From positions 128,001-192,000 of the forward strand of contig CAWBGA010000005.1 of NCBI GenBank assembly GCA_963788195.1: DNA of 64,000 nt, given 5' to 3'. Below the pieces are notes generated by a model. It saw only the letters and a program-made list of their open reading frames with translations, did no database searches and was not told the DNA's origin. Made by a program: the position numbers and the translations under genes. Shown here one piece after another: positions 34,086 through 43,317 of the stretch (positions are counted from its first letter, which is position 1; each line of letters opens with the position of its first letter). Origin of the DNA: Nitrospirota bacterium. Its GTDB lineage: Bacteria; Nitrospirota; Nitrospiria; Nitrospirales; NS-4.

Positions 34086-34424
34086 ATGAGTGAGCTGACG
34101 TTACATCCGATGAAGGAAATTCGTGTGATTGTCGCAGGTGAACAGCGGGCGTTTGTGACGGAGTTGCTGGAGGTCCAAGCGACCGGCTACACGGTTATCG
34201 GCAATGTCTCGGGGAAAGGCCATCACGGAGTTCGTGAGGCTCACTTTATGTTCAGCGAGCAGGAGAGCCTCGTGATGATTATGACCGTGGTGCCCGAAGA
34301 GAAGGTCGAGCCAATCCTGGCCGGATTGCGGCCGCTGTTTGCCAGGCACTCGGGAGTGATGTTCGTGGCTGATGTGGCGGTAAGCCGTCGGGAATACTTC
34401 GGGAAGACCCTGGCCGGGTCCTGA
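34086..34424 (+). CDS. P-II-family (SbtB-like) regulator
   Basis: MKEIRVIV, GYTVIGNVSGKGHHG, SGVMFVADVAVSR; follows dabA. Confidence 0.85.
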   Translation: MSELTLHPMKEIRVIVAGEQRAFVTELLEVQATGYTVIGNVSGKGHHGVREAHFMFSEQESLVMIMTVVPEEKVEPILAGLRPLFARHSGVMFVADVAVSRREYFGKTLAGS

Positions 34425-34528
34425 GCGCGCTTCCACGGCCCTCAATCCGCGCCGCGCAGACTGTGGAAGCTTCTGCCGTCGATCCCGAGGCTGGTTGGCA
34501 GACTACGGGAGGAATCCGGACCGGAATG

Positions 34529-35011
34529 TCATCGAGACTTGCTTTGGTATTGGCGAATCTCAGCGAGGCTCGGCGGACCTCCACCGAAGAGTAGTTCCAC
34601 CGTCATGTCGTCCATGGAATAGATCCACGTACCGGGTAACTTGAGTTTTGGAGGCCCCGCGACGATTAGGACCGCTGCCTCCGTCATGCCCACTGATAAA
34701 CGGGTCAAAGAAGAGAAGTCCATGGAGCCCGTGGTGACGGGGTTTAAAACACGAGGTTCAACCGTGGACCGTGTTTCAGCATCCTGGCCGCTCACCTTGG
34801 CGTTGCCTTGGACCTTGGCGTCGCCTTGGACCTTGTCCATCATATTCACGGGACTCTGAGGACTATATCGTTCGCACTGTGCAGAGTAAGGCGGCTGGCT
34901 GTCGGTAAAGAACTGGGAACCGTCAGCCTGTGTGCACCGCACAATAGCGTTCGCGATCGTTGGGCACGTAAAAAGAACGAGGACGACTGAGGTGAGAATC
35001 AGCGACCGCAT
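34529..35011 (-). CDS. DUF4124-like secreted protein
   Basis: Signal peptide, RCTQADGSQFFTDSQPP, LSVGMTEAAVL..AGPP. Confidence 0.65.
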   Translation of the reverse strand: MRSLILTSVVLVLFTCPTIANAIVRCTQADGSQFFTDSQPPYSAQCERYSPQSPVNMMDKVQGDAKVQGNAKVSGQDAETRSTVEPRVLNPVTTGSMDFSSLTRLSVGMTEAAVLIVAGPPKLKLPGTWIYSMDDMTVELLFGGGPPSLAEIRQYQSKSR

Positions 35012-35282
35012 AGGCACCTCCTGACTTGCAATTGAGATCCTGACTGGATGCGACTGCGATTACGCAGTTTATCCTACTCACAACATATTACCCCCGGTGT
35101 CTAAAGGTGTCAATTAAAAGTCGTAGCTTTTTATACTGATTAGGGTATTCACGGGTCTGAGCAGTCGCGAAATTCCCTTCGTCTTCCATTGTTGACTAGT
35201 GTAGAATACCTAGTATGTCAAATCCGAGGGGCTTGGGATTGGAGGATTGTCGTCCGCCGATCTCTCTGTTAGGATAGTGAAT

Positions 35283-36140
35283 ATGCTACAGGTGCCGGAC
35301 ACTCAGATTAGGGCTTTAATCCGATTGCTTTCCGACGACGACTACCGTGTGGTCCGGACGATTACCGGCAGGTTGATCGAGCTCGGAGACCGCGCGGTGC
35401 CTATTCTGCGCGAAGCCGAAATAGAGCAGCCGGAGATGGCGGAGCGGATTGGACTCGTCTTGGAAGACATTCACGGCCAGCACCTGGAAACTCAGTTTCA
35501 CGAGCTCTCTGCCGTGGACGACGAAGATCTGGACCTCGAAACGGGGGCGTTTCTGATAGCGCGTTCCGCGTACCCGGACCTGGACCGCGCGCGTTACAGC
35601 GGCATCATGGATGGGATGGCCGCGGAAGTCGCGGATCGGCTGGGCCGGAAGGCTTCAGGAGAGGAGGCGGTGAAGACGATTAACCGCTACCTGTTCGTAG
35701 AACAGGGGTTTTCCGGAAACACCAACAAGTATTACGACGTGGATAATAGTTATCTAAATAGGGTGTTGGAGCGAAGGACCGGGATTCCGATCAGCCTGAG
35801 CACGGTGTACATGTTGATTGGTAAGCGCCTGGGCCTGCCTCTGTACGGTGTCGGCATGCCTGGCCACTTCCTGGTGAAATATGAGACCGGTCGCTATCGG
35901 ATTTTCGTTGACTCGTTCAACGGCGGCGCATTGCTGACCCAACGCGATTGCGCGCGCTTTCTGGATCAGGCCGGGTACGGCTTTGACGAGCGGTATTTGC
36001 AGAAGACCACCGCACGCTCAATTCTCATCCGGATGATCAAGAATCTCGTCGCCATTTACAATAAGATGGAAGACACCCCGCGAGCTGTACGTCTCACCCG
36101 GTTCATCGAGATCCTCGGGCTGCCCGACAAGGAGGACTAG
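35283..36140 (+). CDS. SirB1/transglutaminase-like protein
   Basis: GFSGN..YY...NSYLNRVLERRTGIPISLS, GMPGHFLV. Confidence 0.88.
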   Translation: MLQVPDTQIRALIRLLSDDDYRVVRTITGRLIELGDRAVPILREAEIEQPEMAERIGLVLEDIHGQHLETQFHELSAVDDEDLDLETGAFLIARSAYPDLDRARYSGIMDGMAAEVADRLGRKASGEEAVKTINRYLFVEQGFSGNTNKYYDVDNSYLNRVLERRTGIPISLSTVYMLIGKRLGLPLYGVGMPGHFLVKYETGRYRIFVDSFNGGALLTQRDCARFLDQAGYGFDERYLQKTTARSILIRMIKNLVAIYNKMEDTPRAVRLTRFIEILGLPDKED

Positions 36141-36909
36141 GAAGCCGGAGTCTCGGGCTGATTTCAATCCGCATTCGGTCGCGGGCCATTTCCGTGCGGC
36201 CATCGAATTCCTCCCGTGCCTGCGCGATCACATCGTAGCGTTCCGCCACCGGATAGAAATGCGACAGGATCAGCCGCCGCACGCCGGCCTCTTGCGCGAC
36301 CTGCCCGCAGTTGCGGGCGGTCATATGCCCTTTGACTGGCTTTTGCGCCGGGAATGAGCAGTCCAACAGCGCGACATCGGCTTCCCGGCACAGCCTCACA
36401 AGGCCTTTGCTATATTCCGCATCGCCCGAGTAGGCAATGGCTTGACCACCGTATTCCACACGATAGCCCTGACAGTGTATCTGCTGGCTATGAATCACGG
36501 TTCGGGCTGTAATTCGAGTCTCGCCCAGAAGGATGGTCTGGTCGGTGACCTCTTTAATTGTCACGGGAAAGGGAGTGGGAGAGAAGCTTGGAAATTCCTT
36601 GAGGATCGCTGTGAAGAGCCGGCGAGTCCCCTTCGGCCCATAGATCGTGAGAGGAGGACGAGGGCCCACGAGCGTGGCATGTATAACCGCATCAAAAAAG
36701 AATGTAATGAAATCCGAAAAATGATCCGCATGATAATGACTGAAAAAAATGTGCTGGATGCGGTGCCGGTCGACGCCGACCTTGAGGAGGTTCATCAAGG
36801 TCCGGGGACCGAGGTCAAACAAGCAGAGGTGGTCTGTTTCGACGAAATAGCCCGCCCCTGCTCGCTTCGGATGCAGATTTGTGCCGGAGCCAAGAACGAT
36901 CAGACGCAT
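36103..36909 (-). CDS. MBL-fold hydrolase, RNase Z/BN-like
   Basis: VLGSG, SHYHADH, YSGD, GHMT, LILSHFYP. Confidence 0.85.
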   Translation of the reverse strand: MRLIVLGSGTNLHPKRAGAGYFVETDHLCLFDLGPRTLMNLLKVGVDRHRIQHIFFSHYHADHFSDFITFFFDAVIHATLVGPRPPLTIYGPKGTRRLFTAILKEFPSFSPTPFPVTIKEVTDQTILLGETRITARTVIHSQQIHCQGYRVEYGGQAIAYSGDAEYSKGLVRLCREADVALLDCSFPAQKPVKGHMTARNCGQVAQEAGVRRLILSHFYPVAERYDVIAQAREEFDGRTEMARDRMRIEISPRLRLPSPPCRAARGSR

Positions 36910-36978
36910 GACAAGACCCTGTCGCTATGGTACCATCCGCAGTCAACAACCTAAAGCCCGCTTTTCTCAACAGAGTGG

Positions 36979-37464
36979 ATGATGACTGCCAGTCCCGCCG
37001 AGGACATTGCCTACATGAGGATGGCGCTTGATGAAGCGCGCAATGCCGCGGAATGCGGAGAGGTGCCGATCGGGGCCGTTCTGGTCGTTGGTCAATCGAT
37101 TCTCAGCTGCGGGCGCAATCAGCGTGAGAACCTGCAGGATCCGACGGCTCATGCCGAGATGATCGCACTGCGCGCGGCCGCGGCGGAGTTGCAGACCTGG
37201 CGTCTTCTCGAGGCAACCTTGTACGTCACGATGGAGCCGTGCGCCATGTGCATCGGCGCGATCATCCTAGCGCGGGTGAAACGGGTGGTATTCGGGGTGC
37301 ACGATCCGAAGGCAGGGGCGTGCGGTTCGATTTTTAACATCCCGTTGGATCCTCGTCTCAATCATCATGTCGAGGTCGTGGGAGGAATTCTGCAGGAAGA
37401 GAGCCGGCAGTTGCTCCAGGACTTCTTCAGTGTCCTGCGAACGAAGTCAGTCCAAGCCGGATGA
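36979..37464 (+). CDS. tadA: tRNA adenosine(34) deaminase
   Basis: GEVPIGAV, DPTAHAE, EPCAMC, DPKAGACGS. Confidence 0.95.
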   Translation: MMTASPAEDIAYMRMALDEARNAAECGEVPIGAVLVVGQSILSCGRNQRENLQDPTAHAEMIALRAAAAELQTWRLLEATLYVTMEPCAMCIGAIILARVKRVVFGVHDPKAGACGSIFNIPLDPRLNHHVEVVGGILQEESRQLLQDFFSVLRTKSVQAG

Positions 37465-37469
37465 CGGCA

Positions 37470-37551
37470 AAGGGGGACAGGCAACTTTTTCAGAACGAAG
37501 GAGTGATTGGGATGCGGCGTGAGCAACTAAAAAAGTAGCCTGTCCCCTTTT
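37470..37551. repeat. Inverted-repeat-bounded element (MITE/REPIN-like), copy 2
   Basis: AAGGGGGACAGGCAACTTTTTCAGAACGAAGGA...AAAAAGTAGCCTGTCCCCTTTT, matching 12761. Confidence 0.75.
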
Positions 37552-37673
37552 TCCTGTCTTGGCAGCGCCGGGGTCGGTGGGTGTAATGGCGGGAAATAGG
37601 GGGAAAGAAATGGAAGACTTTCCCCGGCGGCCTTGAATAATCATCAGGCCTTCGGGTCGAGCAAGCTTTGCTT

Positions 37674-37763
37674 GGAGAGGTGGCCGAGTGGCCGAAGGCG
37701 CGGCATTGGAAATGCCGTAGACGGGAAACTGTCTCGCGGGTTCAAATCCCGCCCTCTCCGCCA
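37674..37763 (+). tRNA. tRNA-Ser(GGA)
   Basis: GGAGAGG acceptor stem, anticodon arm CGGCA-TTGGAAA-TGCCG, long variable arm, GTTCAAATC, CCA end. Confidence 0.96.
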
Positions 37764-37841
37764 CCATTACACCCAGCCCGCCCCGGCTCGGCCAAGACCG
37801 ACCCTTTACCCGTGGGCTTGCTCGACTAGGAGTACTGATGA
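37764..37841 (+). repeat. Post-tRNA repeat (homolog at 40979-41076)
   Basis: CCATTACACCC...TCGGCCAAGACCGACCCTT..CCCGTGGGCTTGCTCGAC. Confidence 0.8.
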
Positions 37842-37869
37842 TATGCACGAAAAGATCTAAGGCGCTGCT

Positions 37870-38283
37870 ATGCTGACCGCCCGCGACTTATTTACCTGCC
37901 TGGCGATGATCGATAAGATCAAGCACGAGAATGAAGTGCTCAGACAGCGCGTTGACATGCTGACCGAGACGTTGTCCAAAAACGGCGCGATATCCCCCAA
38001 AAGCCTTCAACGCATGGACAAGGCTCTCGATACTGCGAAGCAGTTAAGCCATCGAGATCAGCTGGCGGGGCAAGAACCTGCCGAAGTCGAGAACGTGACT
38101 TTGCCGGCCGCGCTTGCCAAGCAGCTTGACGATGTTGTCGGGCAGCAGGGAGCCATTACCCAGCCTGAAACAATAGCCGATTGCTTAGAGACGACCTTCA
38201 GCGAGCTGCTGGAGCGCGCAAATCAATGGCGGCGAGAGGAAGGCGAAGGTCCGGACAAAGGCGCAATGCTGCCCAAGTCCTAG
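37870..38283 (+). CDS. Hypothetical protein
   Basis: 137-aa ORF; its 3' part is duplicated at 39434. Confidence 0.5.
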   Translation: MLTARDLFTCLAMIDKIKHENEVLRQRVDMLTETLSKNGAISPKSLQRMDKALDTAKQLSHRDQLAGQEPAEVENVTLPAALAKQLDDVVGQQGAITQPETIADCLETTFSELLERANQWRREEGEGPDKGAMLPKS

Positions 38284-38331
38284 ATATCGACTGTAAGGGC
38301 CTCGGACCAGGTAAAATTAATAAGGAGGGAT

Positions 38332-39423
38332 TTGGCCAAACAGACATCCGCCCCCAGCGCCGACGATGGATGGTTCTCGCGCGAGCGCGTGCTGGCGCTC
38401 ACGTTAATTGCCGCCACTGCGATCGTATTCTATCTCTGCTATCTCATCACAAGTCCTTTTCTCCCCGCTCTGGCTTGGGCATTAGCTCTGGCAGTGTTGA
38501 CGCACCCGTTATACACATGGATCGCGCGCCGGATTAAACGGCCGAACATCGCTGCTGCGATCTCGGTGCTCATTGTCACTCTTGTCATCGTGGGACCTTC
38601 GGCACTTGTGGCGCAGCGCCTTGGATCCGAGATGGCGGCAGCGGTGGATTTCATCACGCAAACGGACCATGCAGCTCGATGGCGGATCATGATTGAACGC
38701 CATCCCAGTCTTGCCCCCGCGGTTAACTGGATTGCGCAACACGTCGATCTTCGCAGTGAGGCTCGACAGGTGGCCGCCGCGATCACCTCGCGCATCCCGT
38801 CATTTTTAACCGGATCGGTCGGGGCGCTCGCCGAACTGTTGATTACGCTTTTTGTGCTCTTCTACCTTTTACGTGATAAACCGCGGCTGCTAGATGCTCT
38901 GCGCCATGTCCTGCCGCTATCGGATACCGAAGCAGAAGAGATGTTTTCGCGCATCAGCGATACGATTTACGCCACTGTCTATGGAACTGTCGTCGTCGCC
39001 ATTGTTCAAGGGGTCTTGGGCGGACTCATGTTTTGGTGGTTGGGATTGCCGACACCTATGCTGTGGGGCGCGGTGATGGCGCTGTTAGCCATCGTGCCGG
39101 TCCTCGGCGCCTTCATCGTGTGGGTCCCGGCGGCAATCTTTCTGGCCCTCGAGGGAAATTGGGGCAAAGCATTGATCTTGACGGCGTGGGGAGGCATCGT
39201 CATCGCGCTGATAGATAATCTCCTCTATCCGATTCTTGTGGGAAAGAAGCTGCGGCTTCACACCGTCCCGGTCTTCATCGCGATTGTCGGCGGATTAGCT
39301 GTATTCGGAGCCGTAGGAGTGATCCTAGGCCCTGTCGTGTTCGCCGTCGCGTTGGGCCTTATTGATGTCTGGCGCCGGCGCACCGCGCATGGAAGAACGG
39401 CTGAGAGCGGGGTTCATAGCTAA
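38332..39423 (+). CDS. AI-2E family transporter (PerM-like)
   Basis: AAGGAGG RBS, multi-TM, VAIVQG, IDNLLYP, GVILGPV. Confidence 0.9.
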   Translation: MAKQTSAPSADDGWFSRERVLALTLIAATAIVFYLCYLITSPFLPALAWALALAVLTHPLYTWIARRIKRPNIAAAISVLIVTLVIVGPSALVAQRLGSEMAAAVDFITQTDHAARWRIMIERHPSLAPAVNWIAQHVDLRSEARQVAAAITSRIPSFLTGSVGALAELLITLFVLFYLLRDKPRLLDALRHVLPLSDTEAEEMFSRISDTIYATVYGTVVVAIVQGVLGGLMFWWLGLPTPMLWGAVMALLAIVPVLGAFIVWVPAAIFLALEGNWGKALILTAWGGIVIALIDNLLYPILVGKKLRLHTVPVFIAIVGGLAVFGAVGVILGPVVFAVALGLIDVWRRRTAHGRTAESGVHS

Positions 39424-39433
39424 AAGGATTCTT

Positions 39434-39565
39434 GCAGGGAGCCATCACCCAGCCTGAAACAGTAGCCGATTGTTTAGAGACGATCTTCAGCGGACTTTGG
39501 GAGCGCGCAAATCAAGGGCAGGGAGAGGAAGGCGTGTGTCCGTTAAAGGCGCAATGCTCGCCCAG
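39434..39565 (+). repeat. Degenerate direct repeat of 38145-38277
   Basis: GCAGGGAGCCAT.ACCCAGCCTGAAACA.TAGCCGATTG.TTAGAGACGA...GGAGCGCGCAAATCAA...AAAGGCGCAATGCT in both. Confidence 0.85.
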
Positions 39566-39804
39566 GGTTTAGTGGCCGTTAACATCACTTTAGAAGAATC
39601 ACCTACGTCGGCCAGTTTTGCCTTACACACACGACAAAGACACGGCGAGTGGCTGTGATTGCCTGGCATAGGTTTTTGGCATTTGGAGCATTTCGGCATG
39701 CGCATCTCCCGCTAATCAAGTGTAATACCTTAAGTATACATCTACATTTAAGTGAAGTCAATGTAATGGGGTGGAAATCCTGCACACTAGGATAGAGTGG
39801 CGCG

Positions 39805-40443
39805 ATGGTTCGGGCGGCGTTCTATTATCCCTTTCATCTCTGTTCTCGTGAAAGCCTCGAACATCTGTTGTCCCGGTATGCGCGAGTGCATTTTCGGGAC
39901 TACATGGCGCTGCAATTGACTCCGATGAGCGGAACGATGGCATTCCCGGATCGAATGAGCGACCATTCTCCGGATCTTTACGCCCAGGGTCGGATTGTTC
40001 AGGGACATAACGTGAGCGGACCTGTCAGCGCGGAGATTGGCGAGCGGATCGACCGCGATCTAGAGGATCGTGACTGGCGCACGATTTTCCACTCGGCGCT
40101 GCGCGATGAGCCTCGCTTCCGGCGGGGATTCGCCGCCCGTGGGGAGGATGCGGCTCAGCTCGTGTCGTGGCTCGATGAGCAGTGGGTAGCCTGTCCGATG
40201 TCGCTCGCGGAGGTCCGCCGGATGTCTTGTCTCAAACTCGAGCCGGCGCGTGCGCTCGCATCCGAGTATGGCATGATGCTGGTCAAGACTTCGGCGGCGC
40301 TCTGGTACACGATCGAGCTTTGCCAGCGCCTCGCACTCGAGGCGGCAACCGACTCTTCCGCTCACGACCGGCTGCTGACGCGCATCCTCACACGCGACCG
40401 CTTGGAATTGGCGACCTATCTCTGGCGGCGAGAACCGACGTAG
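39805..40443 (+). CDS. Hypothetical protein
   Basis: 212-aa GC-rich ORF, FYYPFHLC, HFRDYMALQLTPMSG. Confidence 0.65.
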   Translation: MVRAAFYYPFHLCSRESLEHLLSRYARVHFRDYMALQLTPMSGTMAFPDRMSDHSPDLYAQGRIVQGHNVSGPVSAEIGERIDRDLEDRDWRTIFHSALRDEPRFRRGFAARGEDAAQLVSWLDEQWVACPMSLAEVRRMSCLKLEPARALASEYGMMLVKTSAALWYTIELCQRLALEAATDSSAHDRLLTRILTRDRLELATYLWRREPT

Positions 40444-40479
40444 GAGTGGACAGGAGGGCACGCTCAGCTCCGTCGCCGG

Positions 40480-40570
40480 CACCGAAGTATATCCATGAAC
40501 GGCTCGGGCATGGTAGTATTTCGATCACGCTTGACATATACTCGCACCCTTTTGAAGGCAACCATCGGCA
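40480..40570 (+). pseudogene. Tyrosine integrase C-terminal remnant
   Basis: PKYIHERLGHGSISITLDIYSH (LGH...Y box II). Confidence 0.8.
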
Positions 40571-40715
40571 CCACTGCATCAGCCGGATCACCCCGCAAGA
40601 CAATACCGGGGAACGGGTCGGACGACGAATTGTAACCCTAGGCAACCAGGACTCGAGAGGTGATTGAGGACGAAACCGCGTAATTGTTGGCATGGTAAGC
40701 TAAGTGAGACGTTTT

Positions 40716-40805
40716 GGAGAGGTGCGAGAGTGGCCGATTCGGACGGTCTCGAAAACCGTTGTCCTCGTAAGGGGACCGTGGGTTCAAATCCCACCCTCTC
40801 CGCCA
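40716..40805 (+). tRNA. tRNA-Ser(CGA)
   Basis: GGAGAGG acceptor stem, ACGGT-CTCGAAA-ACCGT, long variable arm, CCA end. Confidence 0.96.
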
Positions 40806-40954
40806 CAGACATTTTGAATGATAGCGTGAGGGTGGGATTTGAACGGGGATTTTGAAAGGGGTATTCCCCTTTCACGGGGTGACCGAAGCGAAGCGGAGGC
40901 CCGAGGGGGCTGGCCCCCTAGGGGGAGCGCGTCCCTCAAGGACCTAAGCGCGAC

Positions 40955-41076
40955 TTCAAATGCCCACCCTCTCCGCCACCATTACACCCGCCCACCCCGG
41001 GTCGGCCAAGACCGACCCTTGTTCCCGTGGGCTTGCTCGACCCGAAGGCCTGATGATTATTAAAGGCCGCCGGGGA
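40955..41076 (+). repeat. Duplicated tRNA-Ser 3' end followed by post-tRNA repeat
   Basis: TTCAAATGCCCACCCTCTCCGCCA then CCATTACACCC...; the distal part is an inverted copy of 37621-37666. Confidence 0.8.
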
Positions 41077-41130
41077 TAGTTTCTCTGAGTTCAAGTTGTC
41101 CGAGGCCATAATTGGCTTTAATCGCGATAA

Positions 41131-41231
41131 GGGGCCGGGCCCTGTGCAACAGAAACCTTCGAACCCCGCCAGATCCGGAAGGAAGCAACGGTAAGGAGGC
41201 CCTTTTGTGTGCCGCAGGATCACCTGGCCCC
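41131..41231 (+). ncRNA. ffs: Signal recognition particle 4.5S RNA
   Basis: Domain IV CCAGATCCGGAAGGAAGCAACGG; GGGGCC/GGCCCC closing stem; upstream of dnaX. Confidence 0.92.
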
Positions 41232-41459
41232 CCTTTTTGAAGACGTCACAAGTGAACATTTTGTGTAATCTGTAACAACTAACATCAGGGGCGAAGGAGT
41301 TTGTTCGGGGCACCCCTTGCCTTCGATTGCAAGGGGTCGAAATAACTCCAGGCCACGGGGAGAAGAGCTCGTCTTGGCGAGCTCGGGGCGGGGCCGGGTG
41401 TAATGGTGGGCGTCAGGGGAAAAGAGGCTGTCTTGGCAGTCTCGGGGTGGGTGTAAAGG

Positions 41460-43292
41460 ATGCCAATGGATTACCAGGTTTCAGCTCGTAAACACCGTCC
41501 GATGACCTTTGAGGAGGTAAGCGGGCAGCCTCATATCGTGCGGACGCTGACAAATGCACTGACCAGCGGCCGTACCGCGCATGCCTATCTGTTCTCGGGG
41601 ATGCGCGGAGTCGGCAAAACCACCATGGCGCGGATCCTGGCGAAGGCCCTGAACTGCGAGCGTGGACCAACCGCCAAGCCATGTCTCACTTGCCCCAGTT
41701 GTCTCGAGATCGGCCGGGGGACTGCTTTCGACGTGATGGAGATCGATGGGGCCTCGAGCAACAGCGTGGACGACGTGCGCGAGATGCGGGAAACGATCAG
41801 GACGGCCCCGGCGCGTGACAGGTATCGCATATACATCATCGATGAAGTCCACATGCTGTCGACGGCCGCATTCAATGCGCTGCTTAAAACCCTGGAAGAG
41901 CCTCCGGCTCATGTCGTGTTTATCTTTGCCACGACCGAATGTCACAAGATTCCCCAGACCATCCTCTCCCGTTGCCAGCATTTCACGTTCCGGCGGATCT
42001 CGAGGCGCGAGATTGCCGACCAGCTCAAACGCATTGCTCAGGGACAAGATATCGCGGTCGATGATCGAAGCGTGGCTCTGCTGGCGCGGTCGGCCGACGG
42101 CAGCATGCGTGATGCCTTGAGCTTGCTTGACCAGGCTGTGGCCTTCGGCGGAAAACAGGTCAGGGTCGAGGATCTCATGGCGCTGTTGGGCTCGGTGTCG
42201 CGCGAGTCATTACGTGAACTTGTGACCGCGATTTTGGAGCAGGACCCGGCGCGCGCGCTTCGAGCGATAGCGGCGGTCCAAGATGGTGGTTCAGATCTGC
42301 GTCAGTTCTGTAGCGAACTTATGGAGCATCTGCGAAACATCTTAGTGGCCAAAATGGTGCCGAATGCTGATGATCTCATTGAATTGGCTCCTGAAGAACT
42401 TGCCGAGACCAAGGCTGACGCTTCGCGGCTGACCGTGGAGCATGTCCAGGAGATCTTCAGAATTTTTCATCAGGCGGAGGAAGGACTACGAAACAGTCAG
42501 CATCCATGGTATCTGCTGGAGATGGCGGCTGTTCGGGCAAGCCGGCTCATGATCGAAACAACCGGAACGTCCTCCGGAAAGACTTCAGCAGGGCCGGCCC
42601 AAGCAGGAGCCGGTTCTCAGGCACCCACAGCGCCCAACAATACGAATAGTACACCCGCCCGCCCCGCGCCCGCCAAGACGGACGCTTTTCCCGGGACACC
42701 CGCCCGCCCTGAGTCGTCTCGACCCCTTGCAAGTGAAGAGCAAGTGGTGCCCGGGACAGACTCTTTGCCCATGGGCCCGAAGCCTGAGTCCGCGAAAACA
42801 GAGGCGCCTCTTGACGAAAAACCACTGACCGGGAACGGGATGTGGGAACTGAACTGGGAAGCTGTGGTGGAGAGGGTCCATAGAGAACGCCCCAATATCG
42901 GAGCCTTTCTCGAGGAGACGGCTCTGGTCGGAATCGAACACGATACAGTGACAATCGGCTATCCGACCTCTGCGAGCGCTTCCATGAAAATGATTTTGAA
43001 GCAGGATTATCAGCGCATGATTTTGGAGGCGTGCCAAGCGGTGGCAGGCCGTCCGGTTCGTCTTCGGGTTGTGACGCTGTCTCCTGCCGCGTCCATCGCG
43101 ACGGTGGCTGATCAACGGCGTCAGCGGGAAGAAGTCACAGAGCAGCGTCTTCGCCAGGAGGTCTTGGCAAATCCGCTTGTGCAAGAGGCACTGTCGGTGT
43201 TCTCAGGCGAAATCAAAGAAGTCCGAAGTAGGCATGTCAGCTCGACAGAAAGCGTGGATGCAGGGAAAACGGCCGGTGTAATGCCTAGCTGA
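41460..43292 (+). CDS. dnaX: DNA polymerase III subunit gamma/tau
   Basis: GMRGVGKTT, EIDGAS, IIDEVHML, KTLEEPP, SRC. Confidence 0.97.
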   Translation: MPMDYQVSARKHRPMTFEEVSGQPHIVRTLTNALTSGRTAHAYLFSGMRGVGKTTMARILAKALNCERGPTAKPCLTCPSCLEIGRGTAFDVMEIDGASSNSVDDVREMRETIRTAPARDRYRIYIIDEVHMLSTAAFNALLKTLEEPPAHVVFIFATTECHKIPQTILSRCQHFTFRRISRREIADQLKRIAQGQDIAVDDRSVALLARSADGSMRDALSLLDQAVAFGGKQVRVEDLMALLGSVSRESLRELVTAILEQDPARALRAIAAVQDGGSDLRQFCSELMEHLRNILVAKMVPNADDLIELAPEELAETKADASRLTVEHVQEIFRIFHQAEEGLRNSQHPWYLLEMAAVRASRLMIETTGTSSGKTSAGPAQAGAGSQAPTAPNNTNSTPARPAPAKTDAFPGTPARPESSRPLASEEQVVPGTDSLPMGPKPESAKTEAPLDEKPLTGNGMWELNWEAVVERVHRERPNIGAFLEETALVGIEHDTVTIGYPTSASASMKMILKQDYQRMILEACQAVAGRPVRLRVVTLSPAASIATVADQRRQREEVTEQRLRQEVLANPLVQEALSVFSGEIKEVRSRHVSSTESVDAGKTAGVMPS

Positions 43293-43317
43293 TCCGGGTG
43301 TGAACGGAGGTATATAG

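Noticed and set aside
34795..34835. 18-nt tandem repeat (KVQGDA/KVQGNA)
   Set aside because: In-frame two-copy linker duplication with no evident significance.
42540..42850. Programmed -1 frameshift producing DnaX gamma
   Set aside because: No AAAAAAG slippery site or long A-tract seen in the linker region.
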